Source: a virus. Taken from it: 64,000 bases of DNA. Under the pieces are notes generated by a model, which was given only the letters and a program-made list of their open reading frames with translations, had not been told where the DNA came from and did not search any database. The translations under genes and the position numbers were made by a program. Where the stretch lies: the IMG/VR virus record IMGVR_UViG_3300045988_080466. One strand, written 5' to 3'. Position 1 is the stretch's first letter; every line of letters begins with the position of its first letter. Shown piece after piece: positions 37,846 through 46,826 of this stretch.

Positions 37846-39023
37846 ATGAAAATCAAATTAGTGGAATGACAACAATGCCACAATTGCCATCTATCATTCC
37901 TCCTCAGTTTAGTATAACTAATAAAGTAGGCCCATCGAAACTTCCTAAAATGGATTTCTCCTCTGCTACTAAAGGCAGAGGAGGATTCTTTCAGGGAATG
38001 GGTGGAATGGGTTCTCTAGGAAATATGGCTAGTACTGTTAGTAGTCTAATTCCTCAAAAAGAACAATCTGGACTTACTACTGGACTTAATGCTGGCTATG
38101 ATGCTGCTGCTAATGTAGTTAGTGCTATTCCTGGAGTTGGAACAATCATTGGAGGAGCTATGAAGATTGGTGGTATGTTATCAGACGGACTTACAGCTAT
38201 GGGAGTGGGAACAGACCAAATGACTACAACCGATAAGATTCTGGATAGTAAATTTATGAAATTAACTCCAATAGGTCTCATTAATGCCTTTGGTGCTAAG
38301 AAAGCTGACACTATCAATAAAGATGCCGAAACATTCGAACAGGTAGGTAGTTCTTACACTGGAACAGAAGGAGAAGTAGACTCTGCTACTGAAAAGAGTG
38401 GAAAGAAATATGGACTACTTAGTGGTAAGGGAAGAAAAAAAGCCAATGCACAGATTGCAGAAGCTAAGAGAAAACAGAATGTAGTTGCAGGAATTGCTGA
38501 TGAAGCTAGTGACGCATTTGCTAATCAAAGAGGTTCTCTGGATATGCTAAATACTAGGAATTTATTAAATATGAGTGGTGGATATAAACAGAGAGGTTCT
38601 TATGTCGGAAGAAATGGATTAAAACTTCCATCCGTAGAGGATATGGAGAAAGCTAGAGCTACTGTTGCGAGAATTAGACAGAAAAAACTATCTGAATCTA
38701 AACCTGTTGAAGAGTTCAAAGATGGAGGTAAGATGAATGTAATTCCAGAAGGAGCTTTACATGCACATAAGCATCACATGGATGTTGAAGGTATTACTCC
38801 TAAAGGTATTGCAGTAGTAACTCAAGAAGAAGGTGGAGTAGTTCAACATGCTGAAATAGAACGCAATGAAATAATCTTTACCAAAGAGGTAACAGAAGAA
38901 TTGGAACGTCTATATAAAGATGGAAGTGATGAAGCAGCAATACAAGCTGGAAAGCTAATTGCTAAGCAAATAATTGAAAATACTCAAGATAATACAGGAT
39001 TAATCGCGGAGGTACAGGTATGA
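37842..39023 (+). CDS. Gly/Met-rich internal virion (ejection/cargo-like) protein (393 aa)
   Basis: ATGA overlap with the upstream gene. The N-terminal half is glycine-zipper-like (GGFFQGMGGMGSLGNM ... IPGVGTIIGGAMKIGGMLSDGLTAMGVG). The C-terminal part contains EEFKDGGKMNVIPEGALHAHKHHMD. Confidence 0.5.
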   Translation: MNENQISGMTTMPQLPSIIPPQFSITNKVGPSKLPKMDFSSATKGRGGFFQGMGGMGSLGNMASTVSSLIPQKEQSGLTTGLNAGYDAAANVVSAIPGVGTIIGGAMKIGGMLSDGLTAMGVGTDQMTTTDKILDSKFMKLTPIGLINAFGAKKADTINKDAETFEQVGSSYTGTEGEVDSATEKSGKKYGLLSGKGRKKANAQIAEAKRKQNVVAGIADEASDAFANQRGSLDMLNTRNLLNMSGGYKQRGSYVGRNGLKLPSVEDMEKARATVARIRQKKLSESKPVEEFKDGGKMNVIPEGALHAHKHHMDVEGITPKGIAVVTQEEGGVVQHAEIERNEIIFTKEVTEELERLYKDGSDEAAIQAGKLIAKQIIENTQDNTGLIAEVQV

Positions 39024-39601
39024 AAATAGAAATAGGAGATAAAGAATATAACGTAGAGGTTGCAAGAACCGAGGAAGAGAAGGTTAAAGGCCTACAAGAA
39101 AAGGAGTCTTTAGGAGAAGATGAGGGGATGTTATTTGTGTATGACGAACCTCAAGAAATCGCCTTTTGGATGAAAGATACTGCAATTCCGTTGGACATAG
39201 TATTTATGGATGAAGATGGAGAGGTAATATCAGTTAAACAAGGACAGCCCTACGATGAAACTTTATTAGAAGAAGATGGAGTAATGTATGTTCTTGAAGT
39301 TAATCAGAACTCGGGAATCCAACCGGGCGATGAACTCGATATAGAAGATGACGATGATGACAAACAGCCAGTTATGAAAGTGCTGGCTCCAGACGGTTCC
39401 ACTCAAATGGAACTTGAAGGTGGAGAGAGAATTTTTAGTAGAAAAAATACTAAAACACTTATCAAAATGGCTAAACGAGCATATTCTTCGGAATTAGATA
39501 AGGATTATAAAGCCTTAGGAAAGAAAGCTTTTAAATACTTACATATACAGGACACAAATACTCCAGAATACGTAGATACTCCAAAGAGTAAAGAAGATTA
39601 A
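39020..39601 (+). CDS. DUF192-domain protein (193 aa)
   Basis: ARTEEEKVKGLQEKESLGEDEGMLFVYDEPQEIAFWMKDTAIPLDIVFMDEDGEVISV matches the DUF192/COG1430 pattern (GLM-like, G-M-L-F, F-W-M-K-[DN]-T, P-L-D-I-x-F). ATGA overlap with the upstream gene. Confidence 0.75.
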   Translation: MKIEIGDKEYNVEVARTEEEKVKGLQEKESLGEDEGMLFVYDEPQEIAFWMKDTAIPLDIVFMDEDGEVISVKQGQPYDETLLEEDGVMYVLEVNQNSGIQPGDELDIEDDDDDKQPVMKVLAPDGSTQMELEGGERIFSRKNTKTLIKMAKRAYSSELDKDYKALGKKAFKYLHIQDTNTPEYVDTPKSKED

Positions 39602-39650
39602 CTATTTTAAATGAACTAAACGTATAAATACTAAATTAATGGATTATTAT

Positions 39651-39681
39651 TTTGATATGTCCATAAATATTGCTAATTTTG
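39651..39681 (+). promoter_or_regulatory. candidate Bacteroidota-type promoter (-33 TTTG, 19-nt spacer, -7 TAatTTTG)
   Basis: Exact TTTG at 39651-39654 and exact TAATTTTG at 39674-39681, separated by 19 nt. It lies in a 118-nt intergenic gap, 38 nt upstream of ATG 39720. Confidence 0.55.
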
Positions 39682-39719
39682 TCAAGTATTTAAGTATTTA
39701 ACGTTAAAACTAAAGAATT

Positions 39720-40025
39720 ATGAAATTAGAACCTAAAGTAAAGAAATTTCAGGAAGGCGGAGCAGCTCCAGCACCTGCTGCTGAACCAATGCCAGCTGAA
39801 CAAGGTGCAGCACCAGAACAAGGTGGAGGAGAAGGCGACCCATTGATGCAATTAGCTCAAATGGCTGCAGAAGCACTACAAAGTGGTGATTGTAATACAA
39901 CTCTAGCTGTATGTGAAGGATTTATGCAACTCATTCAAGAAGCATCACAAGGACAAGGCGGAGAAGCAGCTCCTCAAGGTGAACCCGTCTATAAAAGAGG
40001 TGGAACCTTAGTCAGAAGAGTATAA
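39720..40025 (+). CDS. small Ala/Gly/Pro/Gln-rich protein (101 aa), own promoter and terminator
   Basis: ATG start and TAA stop, bracketed by the best promoter candidate and a terminator. Its N-terminal leader MKLEPKVKKFQEGG is shared with the gene at 44907. Confidence 0.65.
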   Translation: MKLEPKVKKFQEGGAAPAPAAEPMPAEQGAAPEQGGGEGDPLMQLAQMAAEALQSGDCNTTLAVCEGFMQLIQEASQGQGGEAAPQGEPVYKRGGTLVRRV

Positions 40026-40038
40026 GAGTAGAAGTTAG

Positions 40039-40078
40039 AAAGGAGTGTACAAGATTTATGTATGCTCCTTTTTTATTA
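40039..40078 (+). terminator. rho-independent terminator
   Basis: aaaggagtgta (40039-40049) pairs with tatgctccttt (40061-40071) in an 11-bp stem with two G-U pairs, followed by ttttattat. Confidence 0.65.
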
Positions 40079-40092
40079 TAAATGTAAAACAC

Positions 40093-43000
40093 ATGTCACA
40101 GGCGATTAAAAAATTATCAAACGGTGGAGGTGTCTCACAAACTGAACAGAAACCAAAAGAAGAAACTCCTCAAGTAAGAACATTTAAACTTGGAGAGAGA
40201 GAAATTGAAACAGGCTCTTTATTAAGAAATGCTGACTCAAATTTAGAATCATACCTTGAAAGTACAGGTTGGAGTTCTAAAAAGAAGAACGCTTTCAGAG
40301 AAACTTATGGTAAATACCTGCAAGGAATTAACTCTGGAACAATCTCTTCTAGAGATGTAGGAAGAAATTGGATTGACTCCACTGGACAATTAACAAATAC
40401 TTCTGGAAAGGGATTCGATGCTAATGGAGCCGTGGCACATTACCTGGACTCAATAGCAGATGCTATTCCAGATTATGTAAAAGAAGAGAAAGTTCAACCT
40501 ACTGTTACTAAGAAATCACTTAATTTTAGTGCAGGACTAAATAAGTCACTGCTTGATAAATTCTTCGGAGGAAATAGATACAATCAATCAGTTTGGTATA
40601 GTAGAGACGCTTTAGATGAAACTACGAAGAAAAGAGGGATAACCAATAGATTAAAAGATTTTTCAAGTCAATTTAACTCTTACGCTGATTCATTATTAAA
40701 TGACCCTGAGTTTGATACTAAGTATGATTTATCAAATACAGCCTTTAAGAACAAGGATGAGTTTAGAAACAAAATAGAACAGGCTAAAGCAGCTCTGTCT
40801 AATGATAAATTCGGAGATGATGATTGGAGAGCTTTGGCAGAACTTGGAATAGACCCAGAAGGTTACAGAGGTTGGTTTGGAGATGTTGATGATGCAACAG
40901 CACAGCAACAAGCAGTAAAGAAAGATAATTATAAAGGAACTCCACTAGAGGATTTATCTAAAGCAAATACTAAACTTACAGATGCTGGATTCTTGGCTAG
41001 AACTGATGAGAAAGGTAACATATTTTATTTAAATCCAGACGGTACAGAAATTAAGAATGGAGTTATTGGAGAAGAATTTAACCCCAAGACCGATTCTTTA
41101 GCAGGTTGGTTTAGAGTAAATGGAAACATTTATAACCCAAGCGAATATGCTAATTGGAGTCCAGAAGTAAAGAACGCTTATAATATTATCCTTAATCAAC
41201 AGGATGATAAAAACATATATGATGACCCTGTTTACGGAGAACTTAAAGATAAATACGGATATTCTCATGTAGCAGATGCTTCTCTATTCTTCGATAATTT
41301 CAATGGAGAATTAGTAAAAGCATATACAAGACCTACTGTTGAGAATCCTACTGGTTCTAAATCTCAATACTTCCTTAATAAGAATGGTAAGTTTACTCCA
41401 GTAAACGTTACCTACAATGATATTTTGGGAGAATGGGTTGCCAATGATAATGGCACAACCATTAGATTAGGAAAACAAAGAGAAGCCGGTACACAACCGA
41501 TTTCTGGAAGTGATGCAAAAGTAGGATTTAATAAAGTAAGACAATTTACCTTTAGTGGTAAGGATGCTTATACACAAGACAATATCTTAGGTTTATTAAG
41601 AAGACTTGGAGATAATCCTAATCTTGCCAATGATGCAAGATACAGAAGTTTTATTCAAGGACTTTTCTTACCCGGTTTATTAGATTCAATGAAATCAGAA
41701 GAGGGAATACCTCTAACTGACCTTATTAAAGAGGGAAGAATTGACTTTAGACTACTTCCAAATGAGACTAAGAGAGGATTAAGAATCCTTAGAGATAGTC
41801 AGGGTAGAGTTACTAACCTTACATTTGACACAGGAGATGGGCCTCACAGTTCAGGTTCTCCATTAGGTGGAACAGGTTGGAAAGGATTTAAACCTATCAA
41901 AACAGACTATAATGCATCTCCCTTAAAAAGGAAAGAGGGAGGAATCATTAAAGCACAATGGGGAGTAAGTACTGATTACATAGTGGACAGACGTAAACCC
42001 GCAGTAGAGCTTAATGAAGAAGAAAAGAAATTAAATAAGAAAGCTACTGATAGTTATGATAAAACCCAATCAATAAAGTTTGATAATAAAGACTTGACTG
42101 ACGCAGGTGGTATTATTAAAACTTCTGATAGGGTAAAAATGGGGGCAGCTATGGCTGACTTATTAAGTGCAGGACTTGGGTTTGTTCCAGGAGCTAACAT
42201 TGCTTCCGCGGGTATTGGAGCCGCTAGTTCACTTGCTGAATTTGGTGCTGATGTTTCTGATGGACTCGAATGGGGAGATGTAGGAAATCTGGCTCTTAAC
42301 TTGGGAATGGATGCAGTGTCATTAATTCCTGCAATGAAGAGTATTAAAGCAGCTAAAGCTATGGGCAAATTAGCTAAGTTTGTTCCACTTATAGCAACAG
42401 CTATTGGAGCAAGTACATTATTTAATGACCAAGAAAGAGAATCTCTTACATCATCATTAAAGAAAGTAACTAGTGGTAATGTAAAGGATTTAAGTACTGA
42501 CGACTTTAAAAATCTAGCAACCATTTCAAGAGTTGTACTAGGTGGTAAAAACTTCCTAAAATCTCAAGACGGCAAAATAATGTCAAGACTTAGAGGAACG
42601 AAGAGAGCCCCATCTACTAAACAAGAAATATCTGTAGTTGTTAAAGGAAGAGAAAATCCTATTAAAGTTCAAGTAAATAATGCAGACATTGAAGGAAAGG
42701 ATGCAAACTATATACAAGATTTAGCTAAAAAGAAAGCTAAGAAAATACTGGCCGATGAAGGCTTAGTAGAAAAGAATATTCCTGATGATGCTTTATCAGT
42801 AGAAACTAAAGGTACTGATAAGTGGTATAAAGGAAGTCTTTTAAATAAGAAGAGAGTTCCAACAAAGAAAGTGCCAGGATTTGAGTATTCTAAACCTAAT
42901 TGGGCGCAGAGACATTTAGTTCCTCAATCTTCAGAAACCCCTAAGAACTTTGGACAATTCTGGGGAATGAGAGGTATCAATCCTAATGGAAGACTTGGTT

Positions 43001-44910
43001 GGCTATCTGATACTCATTGGCTCGAAAAAGGCTCTACTGGACGTTATCTACGGCCAAATAAAGAGGAACCTATTGAAACTGTCAGAGGGGATAAATTTAA
43101 ATTTACCACTCCAGTAAGTTCCAGAACTAAACAACATAGTAAGTTATATCAAGATAGTAAAAGAATATACAATAAAAGACAAGCCGATAAATATATAAAT
43201 TCAGTTGAAGACAATTATATGGAACCTTGGTTCAATCCAGGAAGATTCAAGCAAGGTGGAATTATTAAAGCTTCAAATGGAGATAAATTAAAGATTTCCA
43301 ATGTAGTTAGTAATGCTGATTGGGGAACTGATATTTATGGAACAGAAGGATTTAATAACTGGTTAAATAGTTATAATCTTAAGAATTATCAAGACTTTAA
43401 TAACTTACAGAAATCTTATCATGGAAATCTTACTGCTTCTGGCTATAAACCTGGAACTTCTCCAGTAAGTTATAATCAAGGAGTTTATGATAGACAAACT
43501 ACCTTTAATAAAGTAGCTCCTGGAGTTAATGCAGTTATTGAAGGTCTTGCTAAAACTGGCAAGATTACGAGAGCCGGAGTATCAGGAGACAATGCAGCAA
43601 GTAACTTTACTGATGGTTATTTTGGAGGACAAGAATATTTAAGACATGGTGGAATGAGAGGAGTTACCTCTGATGAGCAACTTAAAGCTATAAATGCTTT
43701 AGCAAATAAGAGAGGTCTTGAATATTACATTGATGATGCAACTGGTATGGCTATGTTAAGACCTAGTACTACTTTACAGACTCCAATTGCTCCTAAGTTC
43801 AATACCCAAACTATTGATACATCCAAAGCTGTTATAAATCCTAATACTGGAAAAGTAAGTGGACTTCCTAATATTGGAGGAGCAGCTCCTACGAGAGCTA
43901 ATCCCTCTAAAACAAGAGGAGCTACATCAGGAGGTGGAATTAGACAAATCTTAGGTAACTTAGACCCTACTGCATTTATCCAAGCTGGAAGAATGATGGG
44001 AAATATCTGGAACAATAACAGAGTTGCAAAGAAAACCAAAGAAGGATTAAAACCATTATTACTTGATACTTATGAGACTCCAAGACAAATAGTAGGAGAC
44101 TTAGCAACAAGACAGGCTTATAATGAAAGAGCAGCAAACTTAGAAAGTCTTGCAGCAAAACCAAGAACATCTGATGCTTCTTTACAATTGGCAGGAGAAT
44201 TAGCAGCTAATTCACAAGCTAATCAAATGAGAGCAGAGGGAGCTTTAGCTGATAACGATATGATTCGTAGAACTGGTGAAGCAGCTTGGCAAAACAATGC
44301 AGAAGCAGTTGCAAGAAGAAATGAAGTTGCTAATAGAAATAGAGCTTCTATGCTAGGAATTGATAAAGCTAAGAAGGATATCGATGCAGCAAGAATGTCT
44401 GCAAATTGGACTTCTTTAGAAAACTTTATGAAGGAAAGAGAGTATAAGGCTACTATGGATAGAGACAGACAAAGACAATTTGACCTTAATGTTGGAATGA
44501 GTAACATTCAAGCAGGTACAGAAGCTAGACTTAAACCTCTTAGAGATTACTTAGAACAACAGAGTTTAAAAGGGGTTGATATTAGTACTCTTCCGCAATA
44601 CAAACAATACTCTGACCTTATTGAGAGTCTAGGACGTGAAAATGTTCAAGCACAAAATCAATTATATTCAGATGTATATGGATTAAGAATGCCTAGAGGA
44701 CGTTGGCCACCCATTATTAGAAAAAGAGGAGGACAATTAACTTATGCTGAACGTTCAAAACTTCAAGCACAAAAAGACACCTTTAAAGCTAAGACTGAAA
44801 ATGCTAAACTCTTTCAAAAGAATATAGAAAAAACAATAGATACAAATATAAAAATGATTAATAATCTATCATCAGTATCTAAACAACTTATAATTAAGTC
44901 AATGACATGA
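40093..44910 (+). CDS. large internal virion / ejection (cargo-like) protein (1605 aa from ATG 40093)
   Basis: The ORF-track start at 40045 lies inside the upstream terminator hairpin, so the in-frame ATG at 40093 (MSQAIKKLSNGGG) is preferred. The protein has a glycine-zipper hydrophobic region (GAAMADLLSAGLGFVPGANIASAGIGAASSLAEFG ... FVPLIATAIGAST). It also has repeated basic-x-GG motifs and a C-terminal coiled coil. Confidence 0.55.
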   Translation: MSQAIKKLSNGGGVSQTEQKPKEETPQVRTFKLGEREIETGSLLRNADSNLESYLESTGWSSKKKNAFRETYGKYLQGINSGTISSRDVGRNWIDSTGQLTNTSGKGFDANGAVAHYLDSIADAIPDYVKEEKVQPTVTKKSLNFSAGLNKSLLDKFFGGNRYNQSVWYSRDALDETTKKRGITNRLKDFSSQFNSYADSLLNDPEFDTKYDLSNTAFKNKDEFRNKIEQAKAALSNDKFGDDDWRALAELGIDPEGYRGWFGDVDDATAQQQAVKKDNYKGTPLEDLSKANTKLTDAGFLARTDEKGNIFYLNPDGTEIKNGVIGEEFNPKTDSLAGWFRVNGNIYNPSEYANWSPEVKNAYNIILNQQDDKNIYDDPVYGELKDKYGYSHVADASLFFDNFNGELVKAYTRPTVENPTGSKSQYFLNKNGKFTPVNVTYNDILGEWVANDNGTTIRLGKQREAGTQPISGSDAKVGFNKVRQFTFSGKDAYTQDNILGLLRRLGDNPNLANDARYRSFIQGLFLPGLLDSMKSEEGIPLTDLIKEGRIDFRLLPNETKRGLRILRDSQGRVTNLTFDTGDGPHSSGSPLGGTGWKGFKPIKTDYNASPLKRKEGGIIKAQWGVSTDYIVDRRKPAVELNEEEKKLNKKATDSYDKTQSIKFDNKDLTDAGGIIKTSDRVKMGAAMADLLSAGLGFVPGANIASAGIGAASSLAEFGADVSDGLEWGDVGNLALNLGMDAVSLIPAMKSIKAAKAMGKLAKFVPLIATAIGASTLFNDQERESLTSSLKKVTSGNVKDLSTDDFKNLATISRVVLGGKNFLKSQDGKIMSRLRGTKRAPSTKQEISVVVKGRENPIKVQVNNADIEGKDANYIQDLAKKKAKKILADEGLVEKNIPDDALSVETKGTDKWYKGSLLNKKRVPTKKVPGFEYSKPNWAQRHLVPQSSETPKNFGQFWGMRGINPNGRLGWLSDTHWLEKGSTGRYLRPNKEEPIETVRGDKFKFTTPVSSRTKQHSKLYQDSKRIYNKRQADKYINSVEDNYMEPWFNPGRFKQGGIIKASNGDKLKISNVVSNADWGTDIYGTEGFNNWLNSYNLKNYQDFNNLQKSYHGNLTASGYKPGTSPVSYNQGVYDRQTTFNKVAPGVNAVIEGLAKTGKITRAGVSGDNAASNFTDGYFGGQEYLRHGGMRGVTSDEQLKAINALANKRGLEYYIDDATGMAMLRPSTTLQTPIAPKFNTQTIDTSKAVINPNTGKVSGLPNIGGAAPTRANPSKTRGATSGGGIRQILGNLDPTAFIQAGRMMGNIWNNNRVAKKTKEGLKPLLLDTYETPRQIVGDLATRQAYNERAANLESLAAKPRTSDASLQLAGELAANSQANQMRAEGALADNDMIRRTGEAAWQNNAEAVARRNEVANRNRASMLGIDKAKKDIDAARMSANWTSLENFMKEREYKATMDRDRQRQFDLNVGMSNIQAGTEARLKPLRDYLEQQSLKGVDISTLPQYKQYSDLIESLGRENVQAQNQLYSDVYGLRMPRGRWPPIIRKRGGQLTYAERSKLQAQKDTFKAKTENAKLFQKNIEKTIDTNIKMINNLSSVSKQLIIKSMT

Positions 44911-46823
44911 AAGTAGAACCGATAGTAAAGATGCAGAGTGGGGGTGGTATGCCCCCATTCACTTATTATACACCACTTGGGATGCAAGATACTACAAATG
45001 TAGGTGCAGCAGAGCAACCTCAAGCTGTACAGCCAAGTACCAAAGAAGAGGGAATCACTGACAAGGATTTACTTAAAATGGTAGATAACATTGATGGATT
45101 ACCAAGTGACACTAATGAGATAATTAAAAACTTAAGTTGGCTTTATAAACAAGACAATCTATTTAGTAAGGGGAAAATTAATTCTTCTTCAATATCTTCA
45201 AGATACCTTCAGGCATTAAGGCAAATTAAAAATGCTAACTTTAATAAAAAAGAATACGATTCTGCATTAGAAACTGTTAAAGCTAATGGGGGATTAAATG
45301 AGGTTGCTATTACAACTACTGGAAATGTGGTTGTTCAAGATACAGAGGGAGATATTAAACAAGTATCTACTGATGAGTATTTAAACAATAGAGATAAATA
45401 CTTTGCTCTTAAAAATTCTGACTTGCTTTATATAAGAGCTCACTCTGATGAAATGGCTAATAAGAATGATATATTTAATACAGTTAGAAATGGCATTGGC
45501 ATATCAGCTATTAACAAGATAATTCAAGGAGCAATGGGTAAGTTGGGAACTATGTCTATATCTAAAGAAGGGTACTCTTATAAAAAAGAGGGAAATATTA
45601 TACAAGGTATGGAATATATAAACAACATTGTAAATGAAGGGGCTGACCTTTCAGGTATGGGCTTAGACGGAGTTTACAAAACTGGACTCTTAAATAAGAA
45701 TCAATATCAAGCTGCAAAAGCGGCAGTTCAATATATTTATGATACATTAGACCCAAATGCTATTACTTTATTAGAGGTTAAATCTGGAAATACAGAGAAT
45801 CCTAAGAAAGGAGCATTAGACTTAATAACTCAACTAATAGCATCTCAATTAGATACTACTATTGAAACTACTCAAAACTATGAAGAAAAACTTACTGGAA
45901 CCATTAGTGGTACTGGAGATGGTGGAAGTGGTTCGAGAAATGATTTAAAACAACTCGATGCAATTGTAAATGGTCAATCTACTGTACAGAGAGATTATAC
46001 TTTGAATCCTCACTCTAATTATCAATATACTACATCAGCCAATTGGTGGGCAGAACCCCAAGATGTTAAAACAGGAGAAGGATTGGGAATGAACACTCTC
46101 GATACAATATTGAAGAGTGCAGGTTATGGTTCAGCAGTTTTACAGAACTCTGTTTATTTTGGTGATAATAAAGTAGACCCGACTCAATTTAATAAACTTG
46201 TATATGACCCGTCAGAAGGAGTTGCACAAGTATGGCTACCTTATACTAATACACCAAATGGTGGAATTGCTCCCAATCTTGGAATTATTAGCATTATAGA
46301 AAAAGTTGAGGATGATTTAAGAAGAAAAGGTAATGTATCTGATGTAGAAAGAAGACAAGCTTATGAAGCAGCAGGAATAGGCCCATTCTGGGATGCCATG
46401 CAGAATCCACAGTCTGCTTATGAAAGAGGATTACTAAGACCATTCATAGCAATGACAGGAGTTGCTTCTGATGATGAACAGAGTGGAATAGTAAACGAAA
46501 ATGAGAGTGTTGATAAACTTAGCAGAGACGAAAGAAAACACTGGAAGGATGCTGCTATGAAAATTATAAATGACCCTGCCAGAAATGGTAATAAGAAAGG
46601 AGACTATGACTTCGATTCTTGGTGGGAATGGGAAATATTTGGAAATGTTTCAGATATGTATAGAGGAACTATTTATATGCCAATGTCTGGTGACTATGTA
46701 AGTTCAGCAGCTAAAACTGGTAATATTAATCTTCCTAAATCTACATTTGATGCTAACAGGCTAATTAGAGAAGGTCAAATTGCTAATAACAGAAGACCTC
46801 TAGTAAAAACAAATTTTGATTAG
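44907..46823 (+). CDS. virion-module protein (638 aa), function unknown
   Basis: ATGA overlap with the upstream gene. Its N-terminal leader MKVEPIVKMQSGGG is homologous to that of gene 39720. Confidence 0.55.
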   Translation: MKVEPIVKMQSGGGMPPFTYYTPLGMQDTTNVGAAEQPQAVQPSTKEEGITDKDLLKMVDNIDGLPSDTNEIIKNLSWLYKQDNLFSKGKINSSSISSRYLQALRQIKNANFNKKEYDSALETVKANGGLNEVAITTTGNVVVQDTEGDIKQVSTDEYLNNRDKYFALKNSDLLYIRAHSDEMANKNDIFNTVRNGIGISAINKIIQGAMGKLGTMSISKEGYSYKKEGNIIQGMEYINNIVNEGADLSGMGLDGVYKTGLLNKNQYQAAKAAVQYIYDTLDPNAITLLEVKSGNTENPKKGALDLITQLIASQLDTTIETTQNYEEKLTGTISGTGDGGSGSRNDLKQLDAIVNGQSTVQRDYTLNPHSNYQYTTSANWWAEPQDVKTGEGLGMNTLDTILKSAGYGSAVLQNSVYFGDNKVDPTQFNKLVYDPSEGVAQVWLPYTNTPNGGIAPNLGIISIIEKVEDDLRRKGNVSDVERRQAYEAAGIGPFWDAMQNPQSAYERGLLRPFIAMTGVASDDEQSGIVNENESVDKLSRDERKHWKDAAMKIINDPARNGNKKGDYDFDSWWEWEIFGNVSDMYRGTIYMPMSGDYVSSAAKTGNINLPKSTFDANRLIREGQIANNRRPLVKTNFD

Positions 46824-46826
46824 AAT

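Noticed and set aside
40045-40092. ORF-track start at 40045 (MYKIYVCSFFIINVKH...) for the 1621-aa protein.
   Set aside because: These 16 codons lie within the upstream terminator hairpin and T-tract. The in-frame ATG at 40093 gives a leader (MSQAIKKLSNGGG) resembling those of neighbouring genes.
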